Shown piece by piece: positions 46,353 to 55,598 of a stretch of 64,000 nucleotides of DNA (position 1 is the stretch's first letter; each line of letters starts with the position of its first letter). The position numbers were made by a program, and so were the translations under genes. This stretch comes from Verrucomicrobiota bacterium (lineage in GTDB: Bacteria; Verrucomicrobiota; Verrucomicrobiia; Limisphaerales; SXQI01). Below the pieces are notes generated by a model, which was not told the DNA's origin, made no database searches, and was given only the letters and a program-made list of their open reading frames with translations. The DNA is taken from contig JANRLX010000022.1 in NCBI GenBank assembly GCA_033762115.1, positions 13,695 through 77,694 of the forward strand. The letters are read 5' to 3'.

Positions 46353-46862
46353 TCAGGCAGCGCGCTTTTGGTTAGCCAGCGCAGGTTCCTTCGCCACCTT
46401 ATTTTGCAATCGAATCAATGCATCCAGCAATGCCTCTGGTCTGGGTGGGCAACCAGCCACATAAACATCCACAGGAATGATATTGTCCACTCCCTGCAAA
46501 ACGGCGTAACTTCGATACATCCCTCCAGTTGAAGCACAGGCCCCCATCGCAATCACCCATTTAGGCTCTGGCATCTGCTGATAAATCCGTCGCACAGCCA
46601 GCGCCATTTTATAAGTGACAGTCCCGGCCACAATCATGAGATCCGATTGGCGGGGGGAAAAGCGCATCACTTCAGAGCCGAAGCGGGCGATGTCATAACG
46701 ACTTGCTCCCGCAGCCATTAGCTCAATGGCACAACAGGCCAGGCCCATCGGCATTGGCCATAATGAGTTTTTGCGGAACCAATTAATGACAGCGTCGGCC
46801 CGGGTGACAATAACGTCTCCCTCGACCTTGGAATTGTAGCCGACTTCAGTGGTCTTCTGCAT
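46353..46862 (-). CDS. nuoB: NADH-quinone oxidoreductase subunit B
   Basis: Start at MQKTTEV (ATG 46862). [23 protein letters not shown] and [11 protein letters not shown] (N2 cluster ligands). Confidence 0.88.
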   Translation of the reverse strand: MQKTTEVGYNSKVEGDVIVTRADAVINWFRKNSLWPMPMGLACCAIELMAAGASRYDIARFGSEVMRFSPRQSDLMIVAGTVTYKMALAVRRIYQQMPEPKWVIAMGACASTGGMYRSYAVLQGVDNIIPVDVYVAGCPPRPEALLDALIRLQNKVAKEPALANQKRAA

Positions 46863-47052
46863 AGGACAGGAGCCGAAAGGCTCACGGTAGGTGCAACTTA
46901 AACCGCGGACCGATTTGGACGCAAGTTCATTTGTGAATTTTTTCACAAGCGAACTGCATTCCATGAGCATTTCCCCGCGAAAAATGAACGGAAAGGTAAA
47001 ATTCAGGTTCTCACCGATAACTCTTTTTCCAATCCCCTCCTAACTTGCCCAC

Positions 47053-47298
47053 ATGAAAGATTCAGTAGACCCAATCGAAGGTGTGGCTGGCAAAATCCAG
47101 GAAGGGATCGAGCAACAACGCTGGACGTGGAATGAAATCAGGGAGGAACTCACCTCACGAACCCGGGAGGCGGCCATCGCCACAGATTCGTATGTGCATG
47201 AAAAACCATGGAAAGCCATTGGGATCGCCGCCATGCTTGGCTTCATTGCAGGCATGATCCTGGCGCCTCGTGGCAATGATGAAGCTTTCCCGGATTGA
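47053..47298 (+). CDS. DUF883 (YqjD/ElaB-like) membrane-anchored protein
   Basis: 81 aa. The C-terminal HEKPWKAIGIAAMLGFIAGMIL matches the YqjD/ElaB tail-anchor pattern. Confidence 0.7.
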   Translation: MKDSVDPIEGVAGKIQEGIEQQRWTWNEIREELTSRTREAAIATDSYVHEKPWKAIGIAAMLGFIAGMILAPRGNDEAFPD

Positions 47299-47343
47299 TC
47301 CTGCACTTTCCTGGCCTGACACGGTCCAGTAACCTTTTAATCT

Positions 47344-49188
47344 ATGACTTGGGAAATCGGGGTGTTGCTCGGGATCGTCTTTCTTTGTTTGCTCTTTTTT
47401 TCATTTGAATGGGTGCCGACCGATGTCGTGGCCCTGAGCGTTGTTATTGCCCTGGTTCTTACAGGGTTGTTACCTGCGAACAAGGCCTTTTCCGGATTTG
47501 GCAGTGACACAGTTATTACGATTCTTGGATTGTTGATCCTGACATCGGCACTTTTACGAACCGGCGTGATGGATATCGCCGGGCGAAAAATCATCGGACT
47601 CACCGGCACTGATCCCAACAAACTACTCGCGATCATTATGGTCGCCGCTGCAGGCCTGAGCGCTTTCATGAGCAATACTGCCTGTGCCGCTTTTTTTGTT
47701 CCGGTGGTTATCGGCCTTGCCAATCGTGCCAAAGTGAGCCCCTCAAAATTGCTGCTGCCACTGGCTTTTTCATCCATTTTGTCCAGTTCAGTCACGCTCA
47801 TCAGCACCTCGACAAACATCGTCGTCAGCGGATTGCTTCAGCAATACAAAATGGCCCCCATGGGCATGTTCGAACTGGCTCCTGTTGGAATCCCAATCAC
47901 AATCGCTGGTTTGCTTTACATGTATTTCATTGGCCGAAGGATCATTCCGGACCGTGCACCGCCCGGTGATTTGATCGAAGAATTTGGTATGCGCCCCTAC
48001 CTCACTGAGCTGGTAATTCTTCCCGACTCACCCCTTGTAGGAAAAACCCTGGCTGAAGCAGCTCTTGGGCGCGATATGGATTTGACCGTCCTCAGCGTCA
48101 TCCGACAAAAGGACCGGCATCACGCCCCTCGCGGCGATCTCGTTCTTGCCGCCGGGGATTTGCTCCTCGTCGAGGGAAAAAGGGATGAAATTTTAAAGAT
48201 CAAGGAAACAGCAGGCATTGAGATCAAGGCCGACATTAAACTGTCTGATCCAAATACCAAGGCAGAGGATTTGGGTATGGTGGAAGCAATCCTTCTCCCG
48301 AAATCACCTTTGATCGGCCGCACCCTGAAAGGGTTCCGCTTTCGCGAACGTTTCAAGCTGCAAGTGCTTGGGATTAATCGTCATGGAGAAAACTTTCGTC
48401 GGAAAATTTCGGTGGTTCCCCTTCGAATGGGAGACACCTTGCTGCTTCAAGGAGCGAAAGCCAATATCGCCACTCTTCAGGAGGGAAACCTCGTTCGCAT
48501 ATTAAATCAGGTCGGCGAAGACCGCCCACATACCAGCCGCAGCCGTCGTGCAATTTTCATTTTTGCAGCTGCGCTGGCTCTTGGGACTTTCAAAATTGTT
48601 TCCTTTCCCATCGCTGTCCTGCTCGGATCAGTGGCGGTCTTTGTTTCAAATTGCATCACTCCGGAAGAGGCATACAGGGAAATTGAGTGGAAAGTCATTA
48701 TACTGATCGGCAGCATGCTTGCTCTTGGTGTTGCCATGGAGGAAACCGGGACGGCCTCTTATCTTGCCAACTTGATCGTCAAGTTCGGCGCTTCCTTTGG
48801 GCCGACCGTCCTCCTCGCCTCCTTTTTCGTCCTGACGATTCTATTGACGCAGCCGATGTCCAATCAGGCTGCCGCTGTCGTGATATTGCCCGTTGCGATC
48901 CAAACCGCCCTGCAGCTCGACCTGAATCCACGCACTTTTACAATGATGGTGGCAGTCGCGGCCAGCTGCTCCTACCTGACCCCTCTTGAACCAGCCTGCC
49001 TGATGATTTACGGGCCGGGACGATATAAGTTTTTTGATTTTATCAAGGTCGGGTCGATTCTCACGCTCCTGATTTTTATCATTTCAGTCCTGCTGGTTCC
49101 GAAAGTTTGGCCATTAAGCGAAAAAGCCGGCCCGGAAATGATCAATGCGGTCAAGGCCCGTCAGGAAAGCAGTAACAAAAATGAGTAA
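47344..49188 (+). CDS. SLC13/DASS-family permease with two internal TrkA-C (RCK-C) domains
   Basis: 614 aa with polytopic N- and C-terminal halves. The central region holds two TrkA-C-like repeats (..LVILPDSPLVGKTLAEA..DLLLVEGKRDEI.. and ..AILLPKSPLIGRTLKGF..DTLLLQGAKANI..). Confidence 0.8.
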   Translation: MTWEIGVLLGIVFLCLLFFSFEWVPTDVVALSVVIALVLTGLLPANKAFSGFGSDTVITILGLLILTSALLRTGVMDIAGRKIIGLTGTDPNKLLAIIMVAAAGLSAFMSNTACAAFFVPVVIGLANRAKVSPSKLLLPLAFSSILSSSVTLISTSTNIVVSGLLQQYKMAPMGMFELAPVGIPITIAGLLYMYFIGRRIIPDRAPPGDLIEEFGMRPYLTELVILPDSPLVGKTLAEAALGRDMDLTVLSVIRQKDRHHAPRGDLVLAAGDLLLVEGKRDEILKIKETAGIEIKADIKLSDPNTKAEDLGMVEAILLPKSPLIGRTLKGFRFRERFKLQVLGINRHGENFRRKISVVPLRMGDTLLLQGAKANIATLQEGNLVRILNQVGEDRPHTSRSRRAIFIFAAALALGTFKIVSFPIAVLLGSVAVFVSNCITPEEAYREIEWKVIILIGSMLALGVAMEETGTASYLANLIVKFGASFGPTVLLASFFVLTILLTQPMSNQAAAVVILPVAIQTALQLDLNPRTFTMMVAVAASCSYLTPLEPACLMIYGPGRYKFFDFIKVGSILTLLIFIISVLLVPKVWPLSEKAGPEMINAVKARQESSNKNE

Positions 49189-49205
49189 CTGCCTCTGCGC
49201 TGGAT

Positions 49206-50216
49206 TTATTCATTTGCCAGCACGATCCGGTACCGCGCTTTCCCCGCATGAAGATGTTCGAAGGCGTGGTTGACCTCGGACATCGGAAAAGTTTCCACCA
49301 CCGCATTGATTTGATGCCGCACACAAAAATCCAGCATCCGCGCCGTGGTGACAGGACTTCCCAAAGGAGATCCTGAAACAGAAATCTGGGACATCAACAT
49401 CGGGAATAAAATCAACGATACCGGCTCCGGAACAGCGCCGACAAAATGCAAACGTCCTTTGGGTGCCAATGTGCTGATGAATCCCATCCAATCAAGCGGG
49501 ACGTTCGCAGTCACAATGATGAAGTTAAAAGCCCCTTTCCATTTCTTGAAATCAGCATCCGTGGAAGTCGCCACATGATGAGCGCCTAGTTTCCGGGCCT
49601 CTTCATGCTTGCTCGCACTGCTTGTAAAAGCCACCACCTCACAGCCCCAATGCTTCAAAAATTGCAGCGCATAATGTCCCAGGCCGCCAATCCCGACCAC
49701 CCCCACCCGGTCCAATGGTTTCACATCAAACTGGACGAGTGGATTGAACACGGTGATGCCTCCACAAAAAAGAGGCCCGGCTTTCGCCACATCAAGACCT
49801 TCAGGCAATGGGAGTGCCCATTCTGATTTGCAACGAACCAGGTCGGCATAACCGCCATGTCGCCCCACAATGGTCTGTTCAGAGGTAGGACACAGGTTAT
49901 GGTTTCCGGACATGCAGCTCTGGCAAATCATACAGCTTCCCGCAAACCAACCCATACCAACAGTTTGTCCCGGCTTGAGATGGGAGACATTGCTGCCGAC
50001 AGCCTTGATTTTTCCTACGACTTCATGACCCGGCACGAAAGGGTACTGAGTGAAACCCCAATCGTTATTCCGCATGGAAAGATCGGAATGGCACATTCCA
50101 CAATGTGACACCGCGATATCGACGTAATCCGGCCCGAGATCTGGAAGTTCAAACTCATACGGTTTTAAATCAGCGCCTGCTGAATGTGCGGCATACGCAT
50201 GAACGGCAACTCCCAT
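49206..50216 (-). CDS. zinc-dependent NAD(P) alcohol dehydrogenase (CAD/YahK-like)
   Basis: GMCHSDL and GHEVVGKI zinc-ligand blocks, structural-zinc cysteines CMICQSCMSGNHNLC, Rossmann GVVGIGGLGH. Confidence 0.85.
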   Translation of the reverse strand: MGVAVHAYAAHSAGADLKPYEFELPDLGPDYVDIAVSHCGMCHSDLSMRNNDWGFTQYPFVPGHEVVGKIKAVGSNVSHLKPGQTVGMGWFAGSCMICQSCMSGNHNLCPTSEQTIVGRHGGYADLVRCKSEWALPLPEGLDVAKAGPLFCGGITVFNPLVQFDVKPLDRVGVVGIGGLGHYALQFLKHWGCEVVAFTSSASKHEEARKLGAHHVATSTDADFKKWKGAFNFIIVTANVPLDWMGFISTLAPKGRLHFVGAVPEPVSLILFPMLMSQISVSGSPLGSPVTTARMLDFCVRHQINAVVETFPMSEVNHAFEHLHAGKARYRIVLANE

Positions 50217-50241
50217 AGGATCCCTTTATTATCGAATTTTG

Positions 50242-52392
50242 TTAATTTGTTTTGGTAGCAACAGTGCTGTCGGTTTTCACCTGCGCCAACAGCCCTGTAT
50301 AATCAGTCAAAATTGCAATTGCCTCATTCAATTGAGCGTCGTAAGCAGGGGCGGTTTCCTCTGGCTCCTCCTCCGGTTCTCCGTCAGGGTTGAGTGCGAC
50401 CGCGGCTGGCCCCTTTTCCTCAGGCTTGGTTCCTGTCGAAAGTGTCAATGGCTTGTTCTGGTCCACCAAATCCAAATCCACTTCATACGCTTTTTCGGGA
50501 GGAGCAGGCCGGGAAGCCCGTTCTTTTTTCCGTGCTTCCTTGCGCTCTTTCTGCTGCTGCTTTTCAGCAATGCGTTTGGCTTCATTCAAGGAAATGGTTT
50601 TATCCTCCTGCCGCTGCTTCACCTCTTCGATGTCCTCCAGCAAATAAGCGAAATCTTTGCTTTGCCCCATTCGGTCACGCGATAGTTTCCTTAATGTTTC
50701 GACATGCGGCTTCACCTGGTTCTGCACTTTATAGGTGGCCGGGCGAATGGAGTCAGCAGGTAACGCGTTCTCCAGGCTCCCCTCCCCAATTTCCAGGTAA
50801 TCCCAAAGCGAAGGCAGGATGATGTCTGGCGTCACTCCATGCTTCTGCGTGGTTCCACCGGCAATCCGATAAAATTTCGAGACTGTCAGCTTAAGTTGTC
50901 CGGGGTTTGGAAAACCAGCGTCCTTGATGATGTTTTCCAGTGAAATAATCCGTTGCACCGTCCCCTTGCCATGAGTGGTTTGGTCTCCCACAATCAAGGC
51001 CCTGCCGTAATCCTGCAACGCTGCCGCGGTGATTTCCGAGGCTGAAGCGCTCAATTTTCCCACCAGCACAATCAGCGGTCCGCGATAAACCGTTTTGGAA
51101 TTCTTGTCATCCAGCACCTCTGTCTCCTGCTGGCTGTTTTTTACCTGCACCACAGGCCCGCGGCTCATGAATAAACCAGTCAGACTCACCGCTTCCTCCA
51201 GAATCCCGCCGCCATTATGGCGCAAATCCAATACCACTCCCTCCACCTGCTCTTTTTTTAGTCGCGTCAGCAACTTCTCCACATGACTGGCGCAGTTATC
51301 ATAAAACTGCGGCAGATCAATCACCCCAATACGAACGATTTTTCCATTCCCATCCACATGATCGATGATCCGGGCTTTCGCAAACTGTTCCTTTAACTTT
51401 ACCTCGTCACGAACCAAAGAAATAACCTTCTTTGTGTCAGGAGCGCTCGCGGGAATGATGGTCAGTCGCACCTCTGTTCCTCGCTTGCCGCGAATCATCG
51501 ACACCACTTTGTTCAGCCGCATCTCGATCGTGTCCACAGGTTCCCCGTCAGCCTGGGCAACGGCAATGATCTTGTCTCCCGGCTTCAATAATTTGCTCAA
51601 CTCCGCAGGTCCGCCGGGCAGCAGGCTTTTGATTTTTGTATAACCATCCTCCCATTGCAGCTGTGCGCCAATCCCACTCAGCGACAAGGAAATATTATTA
51701 ATATCGAAGTTGGCGGCCTCAGTCGGGCTCAGGTAATCCGAATGAGGGTCATAGGCATGCGCCAGAGATGTCAGATAGGTTTGGAGAATCTCCTCAGAAT
51801 CAAACTCTTTCATCGTCCGTTCCAGCCGCTGGTATCGGCGGGTCACCATTCCGATGGTTTCCTCGGGCTTTTCCTTTGCCAGCTTTCCCTGCAACAATTC
51901 ATACTTGATCCGCAAACGCCATAATTTCTCGGCTTCTGCATCATTCGCGGGCCAGGGCAATTTCGTCCGGTTCACCTGGAACGATTCATCCGTTGTAAAA
52001 TCCATCGGCTCCTTGACGATCTTCTCCACGTAACTCCGCCGCTCTGCCAGCCGGGTCAAATATTTGGAAAAAATTTCATAACCAGGTCCGACATTCCCCA
52101 GTAACGTCGCATCATCCAACCGCTTCCCGAACCTGGCGTTGAACTCATCCACGTCGCTTTGCAGAAAGATTAAATGGTTATAGTCCAGCGTGTTCAGGTA
52201 ATTTTTCAAGAACACCTCGGAAATCTTGTCATCCAGTGGCGCCTGCCGAAAGTGCACCTGCTCAAGAATTTTGCCCACATATTGTGCCACCCGGCCGGAC
52301 TGCTCCGGTGTGAACACTTCTTTGAAATTGGTTTCAACAGCGAACGAACTCAGGAAAGATGTCGCGAGGCAAAGAGTTGCGAAAAACTTCAT
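50242..52392 (-). CDS. carboxy-terminal processing (tail-specific, S41) protease
   Basis: Start at MKFFATLCLATSF (ATG 52392). PDZ region, GKLSASASEI (nucleophile Ser) and TTHGKGT (Lys) blocks, and a long charged C-terminal extension. Confidence 0.85.
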   Translation of the reverse strand: MKFFATLCLATSFLSSFAVETNFKEVFTPEQSGRVAQYVGKILEQVHFRQAPLDDKISEVFLKNYLNTLDYNHLIFLQSDVDEFNARFGKRLDDATLLGNVGPGYEIFSKYLTRLAERRSYVEKIVKEPMDFTTDESFQVNRTKLPWPANDAEAEKLWRLRIKYELLQGKLAKEKPEETIGMVTRRYQRLERTMKEFDSEEILQTYLTSLAHAYDPHSDYLSPTEAANFDINNISLSLSGIGAQLQWEDGYTKIKSLLPGGPAELSKLLKPGDKIIAVAQADGEPVDTIEMRLNKVVSMIRGKRGTEVRLTIIPASAPDTKKVISLVRDEVKLKEQFAKARIIDHVDGNGKIVRIGVIDLPQFYDNCASHVEKLLTRLKKEQVEGVVLDLRHNGGGILEEAVSLTGLFMSRGPVVQVKNSQQETEVLDDKNSKTVYRGPLIVLVGKLSASASEITAAALQDYGRALIVGDQTTHGKGTVQRIISLENIIKDAGFPNPGQLKLTVSKFYRIAGGTTQKHGVTPDIILPSLWDYLEIGEGSLENALPADSIRPATYKVQNQVKPHVETLRKLSRDRMGQSKDFAYLLEDIEEVKQRQEDKTISLNEAKRIAEKQQQKERKEARKKERASRPAPPEKAYEVDLDLVDQNKPLTLSTGTKPEEKGPAAVALNPDGEPEEEPEETAPAYDAQLNEAIAILTDYTGLLAQVKTDSTVATKTN

Positions 52393-52592
52393 AATCAATA
52401 AATGAACTGACCCCGGACCCGCTGCCACTTGCCGAACGACCTCGGGGACGCTTTTCCTTACCACTTCCCACCCCTCTTTTCAAACTTTTCTTTCCTTGGA
52501 CTGCTGTCCATGAAGCAACCCCCTCCGCCCTTTCCTTTTTGAAATCCGAAATTGAATCGCATTCGGGCTGATTTCGTCTTATTTTCCTCTTC

Positions 52593-52970
52593 ATGCGGCC
52601 ATTTCAGATCATTTTTAATCCTACCAGCGCGGCGGAACTGGCAAAAATGCCAAAGGAGTTGCAGCTCTATATCCTGGGGGAGTTTCGTGGACTTCCCCTG
52701 GAAGTCATGAAAGCTGACCTCGAAAAATATGGAAAACTCGAACGCGCCGGGAAGCTCCTGCATCGTTTTCGCCTGGGCGATTATCGCATCTATTTCGCAC
52801 GGCATGACCTGGGGGTGGTCGTCTACCGCATTCTCAATCGCAATTCGCTGAAAGATTTTCTTTACCGCTCAAACCTGCCAATCCGTGAAGATGAAGCCCT
52901 CCAGGAAAATCCAAAATTCTGGGAACTCATCGAAAATGCAAACTCCTCCACCCCCAAGGCCTCTGTATGA
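52593..52970 (+). CDS. RelE/ParE-superfamily toxin-like protein with C-terminal extension
   Basis: F..TSAAELAKMPKELQLYIL...GKLLHRFRLGDYRIYFARHDLGVVVYRILNRNS follows the RelE/ParE pattern (..A..L.K.PKE.Q..I...R.R.GDYRI.Y....V.V..I..R). There are about 35 extra residues at the C-terminus. Confidence 0.6.
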   Translation: MRPFQIIFNPTSAAELAKMPKELQLYILGEFRGLPLEVMKADLEKYGKLERAGKLLHRFRLGDYRIYFARHDLGVVVYRILNRNSLKDFLYRSNLPIREDEALQENPKFWELIENANSSTPKASV

Positions 52971-54022
52971 TCAACCGCTTTTTTCACCTGTCCCTGCTCC
53001 TTCCCACCCTGCTCCTCGGCTTCGCCGAAGAAGCAACAAAACCGGTTGCCCCCGCTGACCAGGCCTGGGCGGAAATAGAAAAACTCAAAATCGCTCCTGC
53101 ACCGCCAGCTTCCTGGAATCAAAAGGCCCCGACGAAAGAGGAGCATGACGCCTTCAAGGCCGAGCTTCTCAAGGCTGCGGAGAAGGCCGCTGCCAAATCA
53201 AAGGAATTCCACACCACTTATCCCACCCATCCAAAAGCTCAGGATGCACGCAATACCGAAGCTCTGTTCGAAAAACGGATTGCCGCTCTCAAGCAACCAT
53301 CGGAAAACGGATCAAAACAGAAGGATCCCGGCAGTGAAGCATTCCAGAGACGGCACAGTGAGATGGTGGAAGCAGCCAAACAGAAACAGCCGGAAGGGAT
53401 GGACGCTGTGCTGGCTCAGTTGGAACAGGGAGCACGCGATCTGATCAAGGATTTTCCGGAACGCGAGGAAGGTTACAGTTACCTCCTGATGGTGGCTTCC
53501 AAAAGCACAGCTGACAAAGGTTTGTTGATTGCTCGTGAGTTGGCCGCGAGCAATGCGCCCGACCAGATCAAATCACATGCAAAAAGAATGTTCAAACAGC
53601 ACGAATCCCTCGGGAAACCTTTGACCATGGCTTTCACCGCTGTGGACGGTACTGCTGTGGATATGGCCAAAATGAAAGGCAAAGTTGTCTTGATCGATTT
53701 TTGGGCAACCTGGTGCGGCCCCTGCGTTGCAGAATTGCCCAAGGTAAAAAAAGCTTATGCCGAACTTCATCGAAAAGGATTTGAAATTATTGGCATCAGC
53801 CTGGATGAAGACAAAGCCGCGTTGCTGAAATTTATCAAATCTGAACAGATGCCCTGGGCACAATTTTTCGATGGAAATGGATGGAAAAACAGCATCGCCC
53901 AGGAGTACGGGATCCACAGCATCCCTGCCATGTGGCTGGTCGATAAGCAGGGGGTGGTCCGGGACATCAATGCTCGGGATGACCTCGTCGGAAAAGTGCA
54001 GAAATTGCTTGCTGAGAAATAA
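52967..54022 (+). CDS. secreted TlpA-like thiol:disulfide oxidoreductase (thioredoxin fold) with long helical N-terminal region
   Basis: Signal-like N-terminus and a C-terminal thioredoxin domain with FWATWCGPCVAELP. The ATG overlaps the upstream stop (ATGA). Confidence 0.8.
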   Translation: MINRFFHLSLLLPTLLLGFAEEATKPVAPADQAWAEIEKLKIAPAPPASWNQKAPTKEEHDAFKAELLKAAEKAAAKSKEFHTTYPTHPKAQDARNTEALFEKRIAALKQPSENGSKQKDPGSEAFQRRHSEMVEAAKQKQPEGMDAVLAQLEQGARDLIKDFPEREEGYSYLLMVASKSTADKGLLIARELAASNAPDQIKSHAKRMFKQHESLGKPLTMAFTAVDGTAVDMAKMKGKVVLIDFWATWCGPCVAELPKVKKAYAELHRKGFEIIGISLDEDKAALLKFIKSEQMPWAQFFDGNGWKNSIAQEYGIHSIPAMWLVDKQGVVRDINARDDLVGKVQKLLAEK

Positions 54023-54105
54023 TTGCGATCAAATTTGAATGCGACAAAGCGCCTGCCTGTCTTATGAGGTGTAAAGGAAATGCTCTTTGGCCAAAAACAA
54101 AGCGC

Positions 54106-54134
54106 TTGACGTTTTGGGCGAGATCGAATTAACT
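54106..54134 (+). promoter_or_regulatory. candidate promoter TTGACG-17 nt-TTAACT
   Basis: -35-like TTGACG 54106-54111 and a weak -10-like TTAACT 54129-54134. The predicted start falls just before the 5' arm of the long-range helix. Confidence 0.3.
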
Positions 54135-54140
54135 CAAGGG

Positions 54141-54264
54141 GTAATGCGACCAACATTCGCCATTAAAATGATTGTAGCGTCAGGCGCCATGAGCACCTGG
54201 CAGCGCTGCCATCTGTCCAATGGCAATGTGGGGAAGGCATTCTAACAGTAGAACCAGATTTCCG
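54141..54264 (+). ncRNA. candidate structured RNA (cis-acting leader or sRNA), family unknown
   Basis: Long-range helix: AATGC 54143-54147 pairs with GCATT 54237-54241. CATT(C)GCCATT 54154-54164 pairs with AATGGCAATG 54219-54228. The helix encloses a 54-nt GC-rich interior, and a 23-nt linker and an intrinsic terminator follow. Confidence 0.35.
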
Positions 54265-54303
54265 AAACCCACGATTGCCAGTCAATCGTGGGTTTTTGTT
54301 TTT
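54265..54303 (+). terminator. rho-independent terminator
   Basis: Perfect 12-bp stem AAACCCACGATT / AATCGTGGGTTT, 7-nt loop GCCAGTC, then TTGTTTTT. Confidence 0.75.
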
Positions 54304-54324
54304 GGTCAATAAACACAAATAAAG

Positions 54325-54663
54325 ATGAATAAAATAAGTAAAGTGCCGACTGAGTTCGAGCCCGAAACGGTCTTCGAATTGGACCCCAACAATGGGAAAG
54401 CCAGTCACGTGAACAGGATCTTCAATCAATTGAGGGATCGATTGTTGTCGGAAATGATTGAAGAAACGGAGACCCTCGCGTTGAAACCTGCCTTGACTCA
54501 GGCTGCCAATGAAGCAGCCGGGTTGGCCTGGATCACCGGTTTCCCGCTCCTTACCTTTCCGATCCTGTTCGCTGAGAAGGCTCAGGATTACCGCAATCGG
54601 TTATTCCGACAGGAACGGATCACTGCACGCAGCAGCGGGATGCTTGAGGAGGCCGTATGCTAA
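54325..54663 (+). CDS. hypothetical protein (112 aa)
   Basis: Only long ORF in this interval and coding-like in composition. It has one hydrophobic segment (AAGLAWITGFPLLTFPILFA). No family recognised. Confidence 0.5.
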   Translation: MNKISKVPTEFEPETVFELDPNNGKASHVNRIFNQLRDRLLSEMIEETETLALKPALTQAANEAAGLAWITGFPLLTFPILFAEKAQDYRNRLFRQERITARSSGMLEEAVC

Positions 54664-54866
54664 GTGCCATTAAATCCAACCATTCTCTTGCTGGCCAGGC
54701 CGGACTGACCTGGCTGCGCAAGGGATCTTCAAGGTCAGTTGTCAAGGCACGGCGTCGCTTCCATTGAGTTGAACGGAGTTACCGATCATCTCACTGGAGG
54801 CGATGCCCGTTCTATTTTCCTCGCTTCGATAACATGACATGCTATTAATGCTCTCATCCCACGCCG

Positions 54867-55595
54867 ATGAAATTGCATCGTCATCCCAAGCGACTCATTG
54901 CATTTAGCTTGATTGAGTTGCTTGTGGTCATTGCCATCATTGCGATCCTCGCTGGAATGCTCCTTCCGGCCATTTCCCGTTCCAAGGAAAAGGCTTTATC
55001 AATCAAATGCCTGAACAATTTACGGCAAATGGGCCTTTCCATGATCTTGTATGCCCAGGATAACAATGGCTTTTTCCCATCCCGGACTGATTCGAAACGG
55101 TGGCCCACCCAATTAAAACCGTTCTATCAAAATTTCTTCATTCTCCAATGTCCGGCAGACAAACCACCCCGCCCCACTCGGGTTGATTACAGCAAAGTGC
55201 AACCAGACGACGCCCCGCGCAGTTATATTATCAATGGTTGGAACGATTATTTTCAGGAACAGCTCAAAACCACTGATATGGGCCGACTGATGGGAAAGGC
55301 GGTCCGGGAATCAGACCTCAAAAAACCGACTGAAACCATTGTCATGGGAGAAAAGATCACCGGCAGCGATCATTACTATATGGATTTTTTTGAATCCAAT
55401 GATGTTGACCAGATCGAACGGGGCCGCCACTCCAATTTCAGCAAAAAAGCCACTCGCGTGACGAAAGCTGGAGGGTCAAACTACGCTTTTGCCGATGGGA
55501 GCTCCCGTTTTATCCGTTACCGGGGCGTTTTGTATCCATTAAACCTTTGGGCGACCACCGACGCCTTTCGCAACAATCGGGCCATGAGCAACTAA
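54867..55595 (+). CDS. prepilin-type N-terminal cleavage/methylation domain protein (DUF1559-like pseudopilin)
   Basis: [28 protein letters not shown]-terminal motif and the C-terminal [15 protein letters not shown] block typical of the PVC-expanded DUF1559 family. Confidence 0.8.
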   Translation: MKLHRHPKRLIAFSLIELLVVIAIIAILAGMLLPAISRSKEKALSIKCLNNLRQMGLSMILYAQDNNGFFPSRTDSKRWPTQLKPFYQNFFILQCPADKPPRPTRVDYSKVQPDDAPRSYIINGWNDYFQEQLKTTDMGRLMGKAVRESDLKKPTETIVMGEKITGSDHYYMDFFESNDVDQIERGRHSNFSKKATRVTKAGGSNYAFADGSSRFIRYRGVLYPLNLWATTDAFRNNRAMSN

Positions 55596-55598
55596 CCG

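Noticed and set aside
47040-47306. Minus-strand 88-aa ORF upstream of nuoB, considered as a possible nuoA.
   Set aside because: It is not hydrophobic and has no NuoA-like helices. It is fully antisense to the DUF883 gene, whose C-terminal anchor motif is recognisable.
54141-54303. Tried to identify the structured RNA as SRP (4.5S) RNA, 6S RNA or a known riboswitch (TPP, cobalamin, FMN, ZTP, fluoride, c-di-GMP, guanidine, glycine).
   Set aside because: None of the consensus cores I remember is present (e.g. the GGAA tetraloop/AGCA symmetric loop of SRP, CTGAGA of TPP, GCCACTG of cobalamin). The family is left unknown rather than naming one.
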